Positions 40,370-56,203 of a stretch of DNA of 64,000 bases are shown here, in pieces (the first letter of the stretch is position 1; every line of letters starts with the position of its first letter). The notes beneath the pieces were generated by a model. The model was given only the letters and a program-made list of their open reading frames with translations, ran no database searches and was not told where the DNA came from. This DNA comes from Chrysomallon squamiferum. Taxonomy: Eukaryota; Animalia; Mollusca. Location: assembly GCA_012295275.1 (NCBI GenBank), contig CM022671.1, positions 14,012,001-14,076,000 of the forward strand. Reading direction: 5' to 3'. The position numbers were made by a program, and so were the translations under genes.

Positions 40370-41160
40370 AAGTTTACGTCCGTATCACATCTCTACAGCT
40401 CTGTACTAGCAGGAAGAGACTTGGCAATAGCTTTAAGAAATTTCAGTTATGTTTATGAAGAAGGAACTAAATTGGAAAAGTTGAAAACAATTGCAGATCA
40501 AATTGAACATCAGTGTTCCACAGCACTAAAAGATCCAAATCGTTACATAGCAAATCCAATTGGTGCATTTTTATATATTAAACGTTTCACGTTGGACTGG
40601 GAACGAGATGCACAGCCTATTCTTCACGAAAGTATTACGTCTCAGACAGAATTAACCGAACTACAAGAAATTCGTGAACATCTTCCAAGTTACGAAGCTT
40701 TAGAAGTGGCCGCTACAGCTCTGTTTCGACTTCAAGACACGTACAAATTAAATGCTACAAGATTAGCAGACGTTTTATATATGAACGATATATACAGAGA
40801 TTATAAGCAGAAGACTGTTATCAATTAGGTCGCCTTGCATACATAATGAAAAATACAAATATGTACATTTCTGGATGGAGATAAGTCTTGAGAAAGTAAG
40901 AACAGAAAAAATTCAGAACGAATCTCGGTTAGAACTTCATGACTATGCAATACACGGTAGAGAATTTGCGGGACAGAGAGGACACGTTTTAAATTTGACA
41001 AATGAACAATTAATGTTAGCTAGTGGACTAGAACTTGCTCCGAACAGAAGGAAAAAGTATTCAAGTATATCAAAACGTAGCAAAGAAAAGAGAAAAAGTG
41101 CCAGAGTTAAAGAAAAAAAAAACTTTCGATGCTCTATGTCGTGGTGAAGACATTATTAGA
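40370..41160 (+). pseudogene. Prolyl 4-hydroxylase alpha subunit pseudogene (N-terminal and TPR part, intronless, frameshifted)
   Basis: Contiguous homology across three frames: FTSVSHL...YIANPIGAFLYIKRFTLDW...LPSYEALEVAATALFRLQDTYKL, then AEDCYQLGRLAY (about 40807), then FWMEISL...LHDY (about 40869), then FDALCRGE (41125-41148). No ATG or signal peptide, no 2OG-Fe(II) domain seen, and an A-rich tract follows. Confidence 0.8.
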
Positions 41161-44100
41161 AAAACCTAAAAAAAACCTAAAAAAAAAAACCAAGAAAAAA
41201 CAAGAAAAACGCAGTCATCAATGACAGACTGTTTATCCTCTGACAACTGATAGACCATTAACATTTGTAAAAAAAATATTCCAGTTTTATGTTATTTTAA
41301 TCTTTAGAAAAAGCTCTCTGTCTAAAACGGTACATCACGTTGGTCTCAATGAATCATCCGGTTTTGACAGCATCCACTATATTTATTTTTATTGTTTATA
41401 TTTTAGTTATTTATCACATATTAATAGATACTGTATATTGTTTATAGTATGTAAACTGAATATGATATTCCTGGAACGTACCTACACATTTACATTTATT
41501 ACTCATTATATAGCTATATACGACGTTTCGTTATCAGCGATTTTCTGTGGTGTGCAATGACGTACACCGAGAACCCCACAAACAGAAGAAAAAAAGAAAC
41601 TATAGCTGAAGGGAGATTACTCTCATATAATTTTTTTATTTCGGAGGGAGGCAGGATATCTACTTTGTTTTGCGATATTTGTTATTTATGGGGGTTTTTT
41701 TCAGTTAAATGTAGATTCTAAGAATCACGAAGAGTTGACTTCTTTATATATACAGGTAATGGTAGAATATTACTTTCTTGAAATGTTTTTTTCTTTTTTC
41801 GGTGTCTTTTCCTGGCGTGCTGAAATGTTAAATAAAAACATGAAAGTTAATATATTTGTGAAATTTGAACTGTACTGTAGTAACATTTCTTTTGATTATT
41901 AATTTTAATGTGTGTGCGTGTCTGTTTAAAACTGTATTAAAGAGTGATTAAAGTGAATCAAGTGAAAAGTGACACAATGTAATGAAATAATGAGTCAAGA
42001 CAAATACATTTATGTTGTTATGTATGAAATAACTAAATACATGAAGATTAACAATGATAAACGATTTTGTTACAGCATGTTTCTATTGTGTTAACGTCTG
42101 TAAAGATAAAAAGGAGTAAAGGAGGTGGCTAGGGAAATGTTTTTCCACCTCAGTGTGGTCAGACAGTCAATGCTGTCATAAAACAGACAGGAACAAATTA
42201 ATTAAAAAAATTAACTTACAAATACTCCTTTTTTGAATTTCCTAGAATGGTCAACGTTTAAAATTTTATATTGTTATTAAAATATATAAAAATTGACCAA
42301 ACCCCCCCCCCCAAAAAAAACCTAAAAACCAAAAAGCTAATCTGACAGCGGTATACATCGTGCACAAATGAAGAAATGAACATATTAAAACTTTTCAAGT
42401 GTAGTAACACTGGGTAGAAAAGTTTAAAAATAAATAAATAAAACCTTTATAATTTATAACCACTGGATGTAGATGAAAACAATAGGTCGTTGTAGCAAGA
42501 CTGAATGTCAAATTATATTCTAATTTTTCATAATGTAAATATTATTTCATTGTTTAAATCGAATTGTCATCATTTTATTATCTTTATACTTCTTTCATAT
42601 CTACTATCATTTACTATTACTTTCTTCTACAACAAAATTTCCAAGGCAACTTAGAAATGTAATAAATTATCCGCATTATTTTGAATCAACCTTAGACAAA
42701 GAATGGGAAACAGTAAATGCAAAATGGGCTATAGATATAGAGATTTCAGCAGTTGTTATCTACACAAAAATATCCATACACACACACACACACTCGCTAA
42801 TTATGAATATATTCTGTGATGTAGATAGTAATATATAACATTAAATTCCCTCGTAAACTACATAAATAGTGCATTCAGAATTAAACTGCGTCTTATAAAA
42901 AATTAAGTAGCAGTATTCTTAAATAAAAATATGTTATTTTTGCACAGTCCTAAGTTATTCGTATGAAAAGTGTTTGTGTTATAAAATAAAGAGGATATCT
43001 CAAGTATATGAAGGTACGACCATCAATGTTAAAATAAAAAAGAAAAAGAAAACATTTTTATCGTTTATTCTCAAGTTATCAGAATAGTTTATAGTTGAGT
43101 CTGTTAGCCCCTATTAACATGAGCGCAGTGCATACTTCAGTTTTCATGAATAACTCTCAACGTAATTTATTCATTAATATTAATATCGAAGTCGATTTTG
43201 TATTTGTGATTATGCACTGCGTTCCATAAACGAGATTCTCATGTAATTAATATGACGTGGATAACGGAATATCACATTAAACGTTTCGTAACAGTACGCT
43301 GTATATTTCGCAAAATACAGGTATTGTCCATCAGTAAATATCATCATTTTAATCTAAAGTGATTATTTTAATGACCATTTTAGTCTGTAATGTAATAAAA
43401 TGTCTTTTGTGATTCTCCTATGAAATAAAAGGATAAGCTTACAGTTCCTATTATTATATTCAATGGTGCAGCTAGTAGAAAGCAATATCAATGATAACAT
43501 AATTATGCTGTAAAAATTGTAAATTGTTTTCACTATAAACTGTTTTGACGAAATCAGAATTCTACCAACTCTTGATGCTTAACCCGTGACGCGTGTTTCT
43601 CTCACTGAATCCAGTTTATTCTACAAACAGTTTCTACTGATAGTGAAGAAACAAAGTCAATTCCGTCTCTGAATTTCTTGTTATCTGTGTGAATATCTAA
43701 AATGCTCATTACACTCGAGGAGTTATTTCTTTTTAATTTTATTTATTTATTATAATTTTGTTTTATTTATTTTATTTTTTCTTAATTTTTAAATTTTTTA
43801 AATTAATTACTTAATACTTTTTTTTATGATTCTAATAATATATTATTTGTTTACAGATGAATCGTAAAAACTGATGTACATAAATTTGATTATTGCTTTA
43901 ATTCGAGGTGAATTTAGTGTATTTTTTAAATAAGAAAGAAAATAAGTAAGTATATAAATAAATAAATAAATAAATAAAGGAAGAGAACCTATGTTTATAA
44001 ATTAATTTTTCAGTGTTCATTTAAAAAATACTTGTATATCAGCTTTTCAGAGTCTATATAAAATTTAAAAAATTACTAATACTTCCATTCTTTCTGAAAT

Positions 44101-44553
44101 TTAAAATTCTATAAAATTATTATTTTCATGGATGTGCATATCGCAATATGTTATTAACAAATGGAAATTATCAATGAAATCCTATTTGTCTGTATACTGT
44201 AGGTAATTAAATTTAATATAATGAACATTAAATACGTCATCATTTTTTATTATTCATGCAATGTTTATCGTTGGAAAACAAACGTATACATATTAAAATA
44301 TCACATATTTGTTCCTCTGCTGCTAGTAAATAAAATAGATAGGTCAAGTTAAGGGTAGAAACGTTCGGTAGATCGTGATAAAGTAAAGTGATCTATTCAT
44401 AATAAAAAAATTAAATTGTATTCGATGATTAATTTAATCGTATAAACGGTTGTTATTTTTGCATAAGGTGAGAATTGTTAGCAGTAGATGATGATATATA
44501 TAGCTTGTTTAGTTTGTAGTCTTGATTATTGTTGTTACTGTTATTATTGTTAA

Positions 44554-44597
<44 letters not shown>

Positions 44598-44855
44598 TAT
44601 ATAATTAAACTGTGATTGACAACAAAATATCATATTCATAACGCGGGATTTCTGTAATATCACGTTTTCTTTTTATAATCTCTAATATTGTTTACAAAAT
44701 ATAACATTTCTCTCGCAGTTACTCTCTATATTTGTTAATATTAACAAGACACATGTAATTATCATCATAATACGTGGTGTAAGTAACAGAAACCTCACAT
44801 TAATTAGATCAAAATATGTTAAAGTTAAGCAATAGAAACATAAGATACAAATGTC

Positions 44856-44901
<46 letters not shown>

Positions 44902-46279
44902 AAATACCACACTAATATTTTTCAAAGCTGAAATCCATAGAATTGTGAAAACTCCTCTGAATCTTCAGCACTGACCTGCCTGGTACTGTAAGGGTGAGAG
45001 TAAGATCTGACAAACTCTGTCTTTGACCAAGTCTTTAAAAGAAATACAAAATCTGACAGAGACTTAACAGATTCCATGAATGTTTCCACCTTTGCAGCAA
45101 TTACTAATCAGTAATAGGCATCTATGTATAAGAGGCATTGGTTTTATGACATACTTCCCCAAATTACTTTTAATAATTCATGTAGAATTGATTGCGTTAT
45201 AAAGCAGTACGTGTTTAAAAGTTTGTAAATACTGATCGGCGTTCGATGTTGCCATTTTGGGTTTCGATCAGAAGTTTCCGTGAGGTTTCCGTGACGGTTG
45301 TTCATATCATCAAACCGTGACACCTGCACCTTTCCTAAAATAAATAAAATAAATAAATAAAATTAAATGGAAAAAAAACATTTTACAATGATTTAATAAA
45401 TAATAATAACACATTAAATAAACCAAAAAATAAAGGAAACTGGTTATTTAAAAGATAATAAGCTGGTTCTGTCTGCTACAAAACATTATACAGAATTATA
45501 AAAAACCATAATTACATAATTTTAAGTATATTTACACAATGATTACCCTGACCAAAGCTTGATTTTCTGCTGATTTAAATAATAAAAAAGTTATTTTTAT
45601 AAAAGATTCGGTTTTGTTTTTTGTTGTTTTGTCAGTTTTTTATTTTTTCTTATAAAAAATTCTAATTACATAATTTTAAATATATTTACAGTATACTGAT
45701 TACCCCCAGCAAACCCTTGATTTAAGTAAAACAATTTTTTTTTTAAAATTATCAATTCTATATGTTATCACATTGATTTCAGCTTATGTTTGTTTTCTTC
45801 ACAAAAATGGCATTTCATAGCAATGATGAATATCTATTTCAGTGAAAAAAATTAGAATAACCATGCAGACATCAATGATAAAAACAGTGCAAGCTAAAAA
45901 AATAAAACTTATTAAAATTAGCATTTAATAATAATAATAATAATAATTTAAAAAAGAAAAAAAAAACAGAAAGAAAGAAACTAAAATGAATAATGGTACA
46001 AAAAAGTTTTATTGTATTTTTAATATGCCCGATGATCAATAAATTTTGTATTGTTTATTTACTGTAATGCAAAACATGATGAGTTTTTAGTAAAATATTA
46101 CCAAGAACGGCAACTCACTTTTAAAAAATATTTGTTTCTTTCTTTTTGTTATTTATTGATTGATTTATTTATTATTTATTTATTTTTAGTTTTTTAAAAA
46201 GCTAAAAAATGTTTTTTAAAAATTAAAAATACAAATATATATATATATATATTGTAGCGAAAGTTAGTATTCAAACTGG

Positions 46280-47922
46280 TGACCGTTTTTACTGCGCCTG
46301 CAATGAATTACTTTAATGATAATAATAGAGGAGTATCAGACAAGCGCATTTTTCTAAAAATGGCAGAAGTTACTGGAAATTACTGGAAAAAATAGCATGT
46401 GTCAGCTCAGAACTGAATGAAATTAAATGGGTAAATACATAATTTTATTTATTTATTATTTTTATTTATTATTATTATTTGATAAACAAGGTGATAAATG
46501 TGTTTTTCAACTATAGTAATAATTGAGAATTTATTGATTCATTTTCGATGTTGAACAATCAAGTGACTCGAGGAATTAAAAAAAACAAAAAACAAAACAA
46601 ACAAATAATAATAATAATAATAATAATAATATTTAAAAAACAGCGCGCGCGGCTCTCCTACGCCATCAAAAATAATAAATAAATAAATAAATAATATCAA
46701 AAATAAACAAACATAATTGTTGTTTTTTTTTCTTTTGTTGTTTTTTTCCACTTCGGCTTAACTTTTTATAATAATCAGCTTTAAATGTAATTAGCAAAGC
46801 TGCTTAATTAAATCTCCATAGAGACCTGGCCATTGGCTTGGCCTATGAGTTGTTTGTCACCTTGTGACATTGTTCATTTTCAACGTGACAGTTTAATCAA
46901 AAAATATGACAAATTATTAATTTTTATTTAAAAAAAAAAAAAATACGTTGAAACATATGAAAACATTCATAACTGTAGGTAAGTACACTTTGCGATTAAT
47001 TACAATTAATTAAATTTGGTACTTTGCTAATAATCATACTTTATTTATTTATTTTTTCTTCTGTATTACATGACAGACAGCAGTTTTTAATTTGGAAATA
47101 TTGTCTAAATTTCAAGAAATTGGCCATTTTGTATTTTGATATTTTATCTTCAGTTTTTCAGAAGTTTAGAAAAATTGACAGGTGAATGCTACTTATCCTA
47201 AAATATCAGTTCATCATCCTAAAGATTTTTATAGTGTAATTATAATCTAGTTTTGGACTTAATGGTGTGCAGTATAACTCTGGTTTAAACTTTACATGTA
47301 TAGCTGAAAACATTTCAATCTGCATTTATTTACTTCAAATGGACATTTTATAACCAACTGATTTTGTGTTTTTAGTCTTATTGTAGAAATAAACAACTTC
47401 AGAGCTGCAGAATGAAGAAATGGTTGATGAAAGCTTCTGGATATGCAGATTTAATACTGCACAGGCTCTGTCATGAGTCAGTCATGTAATAACATGTGAT
47501 TTCTATTTTGTATTACATTAATATCCAACATATTTTTTTCAAGCTGAACAATATTATAAAATATAATAAAATAAAATGAATAATTACTGGGTAATTGAAT
47601 GAAGTCAGTAATATTTAATAAACGATTTGTACCATGCAGTTAATATTTTTATAATATATTTTAACGATGGAGAAAATGCTTTTAATTTATTTATATTTTA
47701 ATTTTAGAATTGTTGCAATTTGCTAATAACTGTTATACATACAATAAGAATATTTTTCTTTTGCTAGTTATTTTATGGATTGAAGACAATAATTTGAAAG
47801 CCATCAACAAAAAAGAATGCATGCAAGCAGAGAATACAAGAAATTAAAAATGGAAGAAAAAGGACATTATCAAAACTTGTGACCTGAGATTCATTGATTC
47901 ATTTCTGTATGGCTCTGTAAGT
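46280..47922 (+). ncRNA. Candidate spliced long non-coding transcript (plus strand)
   Basis: Promoter-like motifs (TGCGCCTGC about 46283, AAAATGGC about 46357, CpG-rich 46642-46670). Donor GTAAAT at 46431. Exon-like 47387-47476 (TTGTAG / GTCAGT) and 47768-47916 (CTAG / GTAAGT). No long ORF. Confidence 0.3.
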
Positions 47923-49491
47923 GAACAAATATATTTTTTGTTAGAACAGTAATTTTATAATATTAGTATTGTTACATTAGTTATGATGTAGCAGCTTTAC
48001 TTCTTGTTTACCATTCTTTTGAGTCTTCAGAATCCCACTTGAATTTCCTTAGATGAATATGTGGAGTCATGTCTTTAATTCTATTCATGGTTTTTAATCT
48101 CTGGAAATCCAAAAAATATTTTTCCTATTTTGTCCTTTTTATTATTTTATTTTATTTTATTTTTTGACATGATGCATTCAGTTTATCATACATAAAGTTA
48201 CATTTTTTTCATAAATCCACCAGTCACAAGAATATTTTTTCAAGTGGGTTTTCATTTTGCTTAATTCTACTACAATATAATAATAATAATTATTGATCTA
48301 ATGGAAAACTGTCAGTTAATGTACAGCTGACAAGTTACTAAAAGTTAAGTTGTAAATCTGTGCAAGTTCTCTTTTAAACAGTGTTTTTTTAGTTGATATT
48401 AATCAAAGGTCATGGATTTTGCTGTTCTGATTACAGTAAAATGTCCTAGCAGATCAGTTACAGCTATTAATAATCAAACAAGCAAACACATCCACATACA
48501 TTTGAATACTAAAAAAAGTCTTTAAAGAGAAAAATCCTTTTATTAAAACAATTTTAAAAATTAAGAATATTAAATGTAGTTTTTGACATAAACTGCTTTG
48601 ATCTTAATTTAATTACCATAGTTATTATAAATGTTGTTTTAATCACAAATCTTTTAACATTTTATTTATTTTTAGTTATACTTTTAAAACTATGATTATG
48701 TTTTGAATTATATTGTTAAATTAAAATAAAAAATATTAATAAAAAATGCTTAAAATATGTGTCTTTCCATATGGAAGACATTAGTACAGAAATAACTTTT
48801 CAATTATAACATTTAATTCTTTTTTTAAATTATTAACTTTGAATGATTAAAAAATAAAGACACTTTATTTTAAATTTATTTTCAAAAACATGAATGGATA
48901 TTATTTATTTTTATTTTTATTTTTTAAAATTTAAAAAAAAAATGTTCTCTTTTATTTTTAACTTTTTATCACCTGAATGTTTGTGTAAGCTCACACTGTT
49001 TTTTTTTCACCTGGAACTGTCAGTCTGAAAGCCATTGTGTCAGAATACAGACTGATCTAAGGGTTCCTTACCCTGGATGATAGCCAATGGCTAATCAAGT
49101 ATTTGACATTTAGCTTAGACACCTCTATTACATTTAATATTCTTGAGGGTCTTGCATCGGAATGATATTTTAAATGTTATTTTATTTTATTTTATTTATT
49201 TTTCTCTAAACATTATTTTATTTATTAATTTAATTTTTCATCAGATATTTACTTGTCTATTTTAATTCTGTGTCCTGGGATTCCAGTAAATGGCCCCTAT
49301 TGATTTCCCAGAACATAGTTTGAAATAGCTTAAATAATCATAAAGATTATAATATCCCATTGATTAAAGTAAAGAAATATCTGATATGAGAGATACTTTA
49401 TGGTTTCACAATTTCTAGCACCAAACATCAGGAATAACCAGTTTAATCACTGCAAAACATTGGTCTTAGTGAAACATAGGAATAACCAATA

Positions 49492-50215
49492 CAGTGGTGT
49501 ATCCAGAAATAAAATAAGGGTTGGTGGTGGCTGGATTGGCCAAAGATGCACATATTTTGCCAAGTTGTGATTTAAAGTAAAAATTGAACATTTTTCTCTT
49601 TCTAATGAATGCTGATAATGTTAGATCAGTTAGATTGTCACAAACACTTTGGGTGATGTGTATGCACCAATAATAGGTAGCAAAGTCAGTATGTTAACAT
49701 GATTTATGTGGCAAAAGTAATAAAAGAAGAATAAAAGAGAACAGGAGCTGCAGGTGATTCATTAATTAGTCAAGCAGTAAGGACTGAGCATGTGGTGTGG
49801 TGCAAAGCCACAAAACTGGTTTCGATGCATGTGTCATATCCAAGAAATGTAGGCAGATAGATACTATTTCTCACCTGAAATATCACAGGCTTCTTTTCAT
49901 TGTACTTTCAGCTATGAAGAGTGCATTATGCACCAGGTTTCCAGCAGTTGTAATTAAAATACAACCAATTTCAGTTGGAAAATATGATGTCAATAAGTTG
50001 TTTTGTGTTGTACATTGGCAACACTGTTATGGTTAAGATGAAATTATTAAATGTCACAGATACATATAACTTACAGGTGTCTGTGACATAATCTTTAATG
50101 TATTTTGAGTGTTTTGTTAATTTTGTAAAATTATATTTGGATTGAACATTAAAAAAAAAAAAAAAAAAGAAAAAAAAGAAAAGAAGCAAATTCACCTCCA
50201 CTGGATCAGCCACTG
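49492..50215. mobile_element. MITE-like element with CAGTGG..ATCCAG terminal inverted repeats
   Basis: Left end CAGTGGTGTATCCAG at 49492, right end CTGGATCAGCCACTG at 50201-50215, with TA on both outer flanks. No coding capacity. Superfamily (hAT or Tc1/mariner) unresolved. Confidence 0.45.
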
Positions 50216-50742
50216 TAATTTATTCTATTTCATTAAATGTTGTAGTGGTGTCAAACTGTATAATAACCAGTTTATATCAAAGTGTCAAGCTTACCTCGCT
50301 CTATGTCATTTTGGCCTATGTCAAATTCATCTTTGATTCATGTTGTCAAAAAATTAAATTATTATAACATTTGTAAACTCCACTTTGCAGTTTTCTTCAG
50401 CATTGGCAACAGCTGTACATTTTCCTCCACAGTGCATGCTCAAAGCACTTTACAAAGAAGAAAACATAGACCTTAAAAAATTGACTGATTATGAATTATA
50501 TTGTAATAGTACTTACAAAAGTTTATTACAGTATATGGTTATTTGAGTATAAATGGAGCAAAAGTTGAAATAAATATAAGAAGTGACTTTTGAAAAGTCA
50601 TCTTTAGAGAACCTGGTTTAATGTGCGACTTCACAAAGCAAAGAGCAAACTGTTTCAGAAGTCTTCTTCAGAGTATTACAGTTTTTACCAGGTTTTTTCT
50701 CAACAGGTTGTCAGACCTTCAGATAGCCATTTCAATCACTGT

Positions 50743-51818
50743 GATACCCATATTTATTGATGTCAGACATACATACATGTCCGCTGTCGTTGTAATGATA
50801 AAACACTACCAATACCGTTATTTGTTATCAGACATCCACTACATGTATGCTGTTGTTGTAGTGTTAAAACACTAGTGATACCATTATTCAGACATCCTCT
50901 ACATGTCTGCTGTTGTTATAGTGGTAAAACACTAGGGATACCCATTTTATTGTTGTCTAACCTGTGTACTGCATGTCTGATGTTGTTGTAGTGGTAAAAC
51001 CCTAGTTGTATCCATATTTATTGTTGTCAGATATCCACTAGATGTCTGATGTTGTTGTAGTGGGAAAACACTAGGGATACCATATTTATTGTTGTTAGAT
51101 ATCTACTACATGTTTGATGTTGTAGTGGTAAAACACTAGGGATACCCATTTTTATTGTTGCAGACCTGTGCAACATATCTAATGTTTCTGTAGTGGTAAA
51201 CCACTGGGGATGCACATATTTATTGTTGTCAGACCTACACTACATTTCTGCTGTTGTTGTAGTGGTAAAACACTAGGGATACCCATTTTTATTGTTGTCA
51301 GACATGATCTACATGTCTGGTTTTGTTGTAGTGTTAAAACACTAATGATACCATTATTTATTGTTGTGAGACATCCTCTACATGTCTGCTGTTGTTGTAG
51401 TGTTAAAACACTAGGGATACCCATATTGTTGAGAGACATTCTCTACATGTCTTCTGTTGTTGTAGTGGCAAAACCCTTGTTATACCCATATTTATTGTTG
51501 TCAGACGTCCACTACAAGTCTGATGTTGTTGTAGTGGTAAAACACTAGGGATACCATATTTATTGTTTTCAGACATCCACTACTTGTTTAATCTTGTTGT
51601 AGTGGTAAAACACTAGGGATACCATATGTATTGTTGTCAGACATCCACTACTTGTTTGATGTTGTTGTAGTGGTAAAACACAAGGGATACCCATATTTAT
51701 TGTTGTCAGACATCTTCTACATGTCTGCTGTTGTTGTAGTATTAAAGCACTAGGGATACCCATGTTGTTTTGAGACATCGACTACATGTCTGCTGTTGTT
51801 TTAGTGGTAAAACACTAG
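50743..51818. repeat. Tandem repeat, ~69-bp unit, about 16 copies
   Basis: Consensus approximately GATACCCATATTTATTGTTGTCAGACATCCACTACATGTCTGATGTTGTTGTAGTGGTAAAACACTAGG. Units are contiguous with no unique spacers. Confidence 0.95.
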
Positions 51819-51940
51819 AACCAGTTAATGACATAGAGTGGGGTATATGTATTTCCTTTTTTCTTTTTTTCTTCTCAATACTCTTTCTTTTCTTTTTTCT
51901 TTTTGTTCTCCCCATTCATTTCATACACATCACTCCATCT

Positions 51941-53845
<1,905 letters not shown>

Positions 53846-54653
53846 ATGGAAGACACACAAACACACAGGCACTCACAAATTCACTCACACACATACACAC
53901 ATACTCACATACATATACAGAAAGAAAAAGAAAAGAAAAAGAAGAAAAAAAAGAAAAATCTTATAATGCACTACCTCTGTTTGTTACAGTGATTAAACTG
54001 GAAATAGATTTTGGTGCAGTCGATAATATTGTTTATGGTTTAATTTGTTAATAATATTTATTTTTATTTTTATAAGCTTTAATATATTAAGGGGAAAAAC
54101 ATATACAATGTACATGTGACCATTTGGACAAGAAAAGTTATTTAAAACATTTCTTCTGGGTAAAACAGTGAATATACACATTATATTTTAATTTGAATTT
54201 TATCATCATTTGTTTCTTTATAACCAACTGTAGAAAGGTTATATTGAATATATATAGAAAGATATATTCTACATAGTTTTTTTGAAATGATAAATAACTT
54301 TAAAAATATAAATGTGTTTTTTTTTATATATATATATTTGGCAAATGACACAGGGCTAAATATATTAATTATTACTTGAAAAGGTTTGCCAAATTTTACA
54401 TTAGCGATCAGTTACATAATTTGTGTGTCTGTATGTGAATAAAATTAGAAGTGATTTATTTAAATTTTATTAATATTATTTTAATAGGTTTAGAACAGCA
54501 TTCCTGGTTTTATATGTGTATATATATATATATATATATAATGTTTTTAGATTTGTTATTTTATATGATGATATTTGTTTATTTGTTATATAATTATTTT
54601 TATCACATTTTTACTTGGTTTTTAAAAAATGTATTTTATAAACAGTTAATATG

Positions 54654-55795
54654 TTCAGTGAGAACTATGGCCAATCAGGCCAGTAGATTATCTTATTTCC
54701 TCTTTTCTAATATCAGTTTTATAAAGTATCTCACTGAATTTGCTTCTTTTTTTCTTTTTCTTTTTTTTTCTTTTTTTAAATTGTTTCTTTACTTGTTACT
54801 GATTTTCATGTTTGACTATTTTAATTCTGTTTCCTGGGAATTCAATAACGGCACCTCATTTGTATTCCCAGAAAACAGATTAAATTATTTAACAATATTT
54901 TAAGGATATGTTACTGACAAATATAAAAAAAGAAAATTGGTTGTCATTCCATGAGCAATTCCAGTCAACTATCAATATATTCAGTGAGAACTACGGCCAA
55001 TCAGGCCAGTAGATTATCTTATTTCCTTCTTTGTAATATCAGTTTTATAAAGTATCTTCATTGGATATGCTTCATTTTTTTTTTTTTTTTTTCCTTTTTA
55101 AATGGTTTCTATACTTCTTACTCATTTTCATGTTCAACTATTTTAATTCTGTTTCCTGGGAATTCAATATTTTAAGGATGTGTTACTGACAAACATAAAA
55201 AAAAAAAAAAATTGATTGTCATTCCATGAGCAATTCCAGTCAACACTCAGTATTTCAGTGAGAATTATGGCCAATCAGGGCAGTAGATTATCTTATTTCC
55301 TGCTTTCTAATATCAGTTTTATAAAGTATCTTCATTGGATTTGCTTCAATTTTTTTTTTAGTTTTTTTTAGTTTTTTTTTTATCTGATATCTTTACTTCT
55401 TACTGATTTTCATGTTCGACTATTTTAATTCTGTTGCCTGGGAATTAAATAACGGCACCTCAGTTGTATTCCCAGAAAACAAATTAAATTATTTAACAAT
55501 ATTTTAAGGATGTGTTACTGACATATTAAAAAAAAAAAAAAAACTTGGTTGTCATTCCATGAGCAATGCCAGTCAACTATCAATATATTCAGTGAGAACT
55601 ATGGCCAATCAAGGCAGTAGATTATCTTATTTCCTGCTTTCTAATATCAGTTTTATAAAGTATCTTCATTGGACTTGCTTCATTTTTTTTTTTTTACTTC
55701 TTACTGATTTTCATGTTCAACTATTTTAATTCTGTTTCCTGGGAATTCAATAACAGCACCTCAGTTGTATTCCTAGAACACAGATTAAATTAGAT
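54654..55795. repeat. Tandem repeat, ~330-bp unit, about 3.6 copies, with an internal hairpin
   Basis: Units start at TTCAGTGAGAAC/TTATGGCCAATC at about 54654, 54980, 55254 and 55588. Each carries TCTGTTTCCTGGGAAT...ATTCCCAGAAAACAGA, except copy 2, whose 3' arm is deleted between CAATA microhomologies. Confidence 0.9.
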
Positions 55796-56153
55796 TATTC
55801 AAGGCATACTTTATTATCTCTGTTGTTAGTTTCTTTATTTTTAAAATTAATAAATCACAACATCACTACTCTTCTGTATACCAAGATAATTCAACCATTA
55901 CAGGTAGCCATAACATTTTTTCTTTTTTTTTTCTTTTTTTTTTAATCTATATATATATATATATATATATAAAATTTAAATTGTTATCTGGAATTTCAGC
56001 TTAGCATCCCAAACTTATGCCAGAAAAAAAAAATAAAAAAAAAAAATATAAAAATTCTGTATATATAGAAATCTTCTCATGTATGTTGCTGGTATTTTAT
56101 TTATTTATTTATTTATTTATTTCTTGTTGTTGTTGTTGTTGTCACCAGTTGAA

Positions 56154-56203
<50 letters not shown>

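Noticed and set aside
45144-45335. Minus-strand coding exon (QVSRFDDMNNRHGN...)
   Set aside because: No homology recognised and no in-frame upstream exons found. The CpG and ETS/YY1 content fits a promoter better.
50743-51818. CRISPR array or repeat-protein gene (23-aa CxxC-containing repeat ORFs)
   Set aside because: The units are contiguous with no unique spacers and the context is eukaryotic. The ORFs arise because 69 is divisible by 3, and they are broken by indels.
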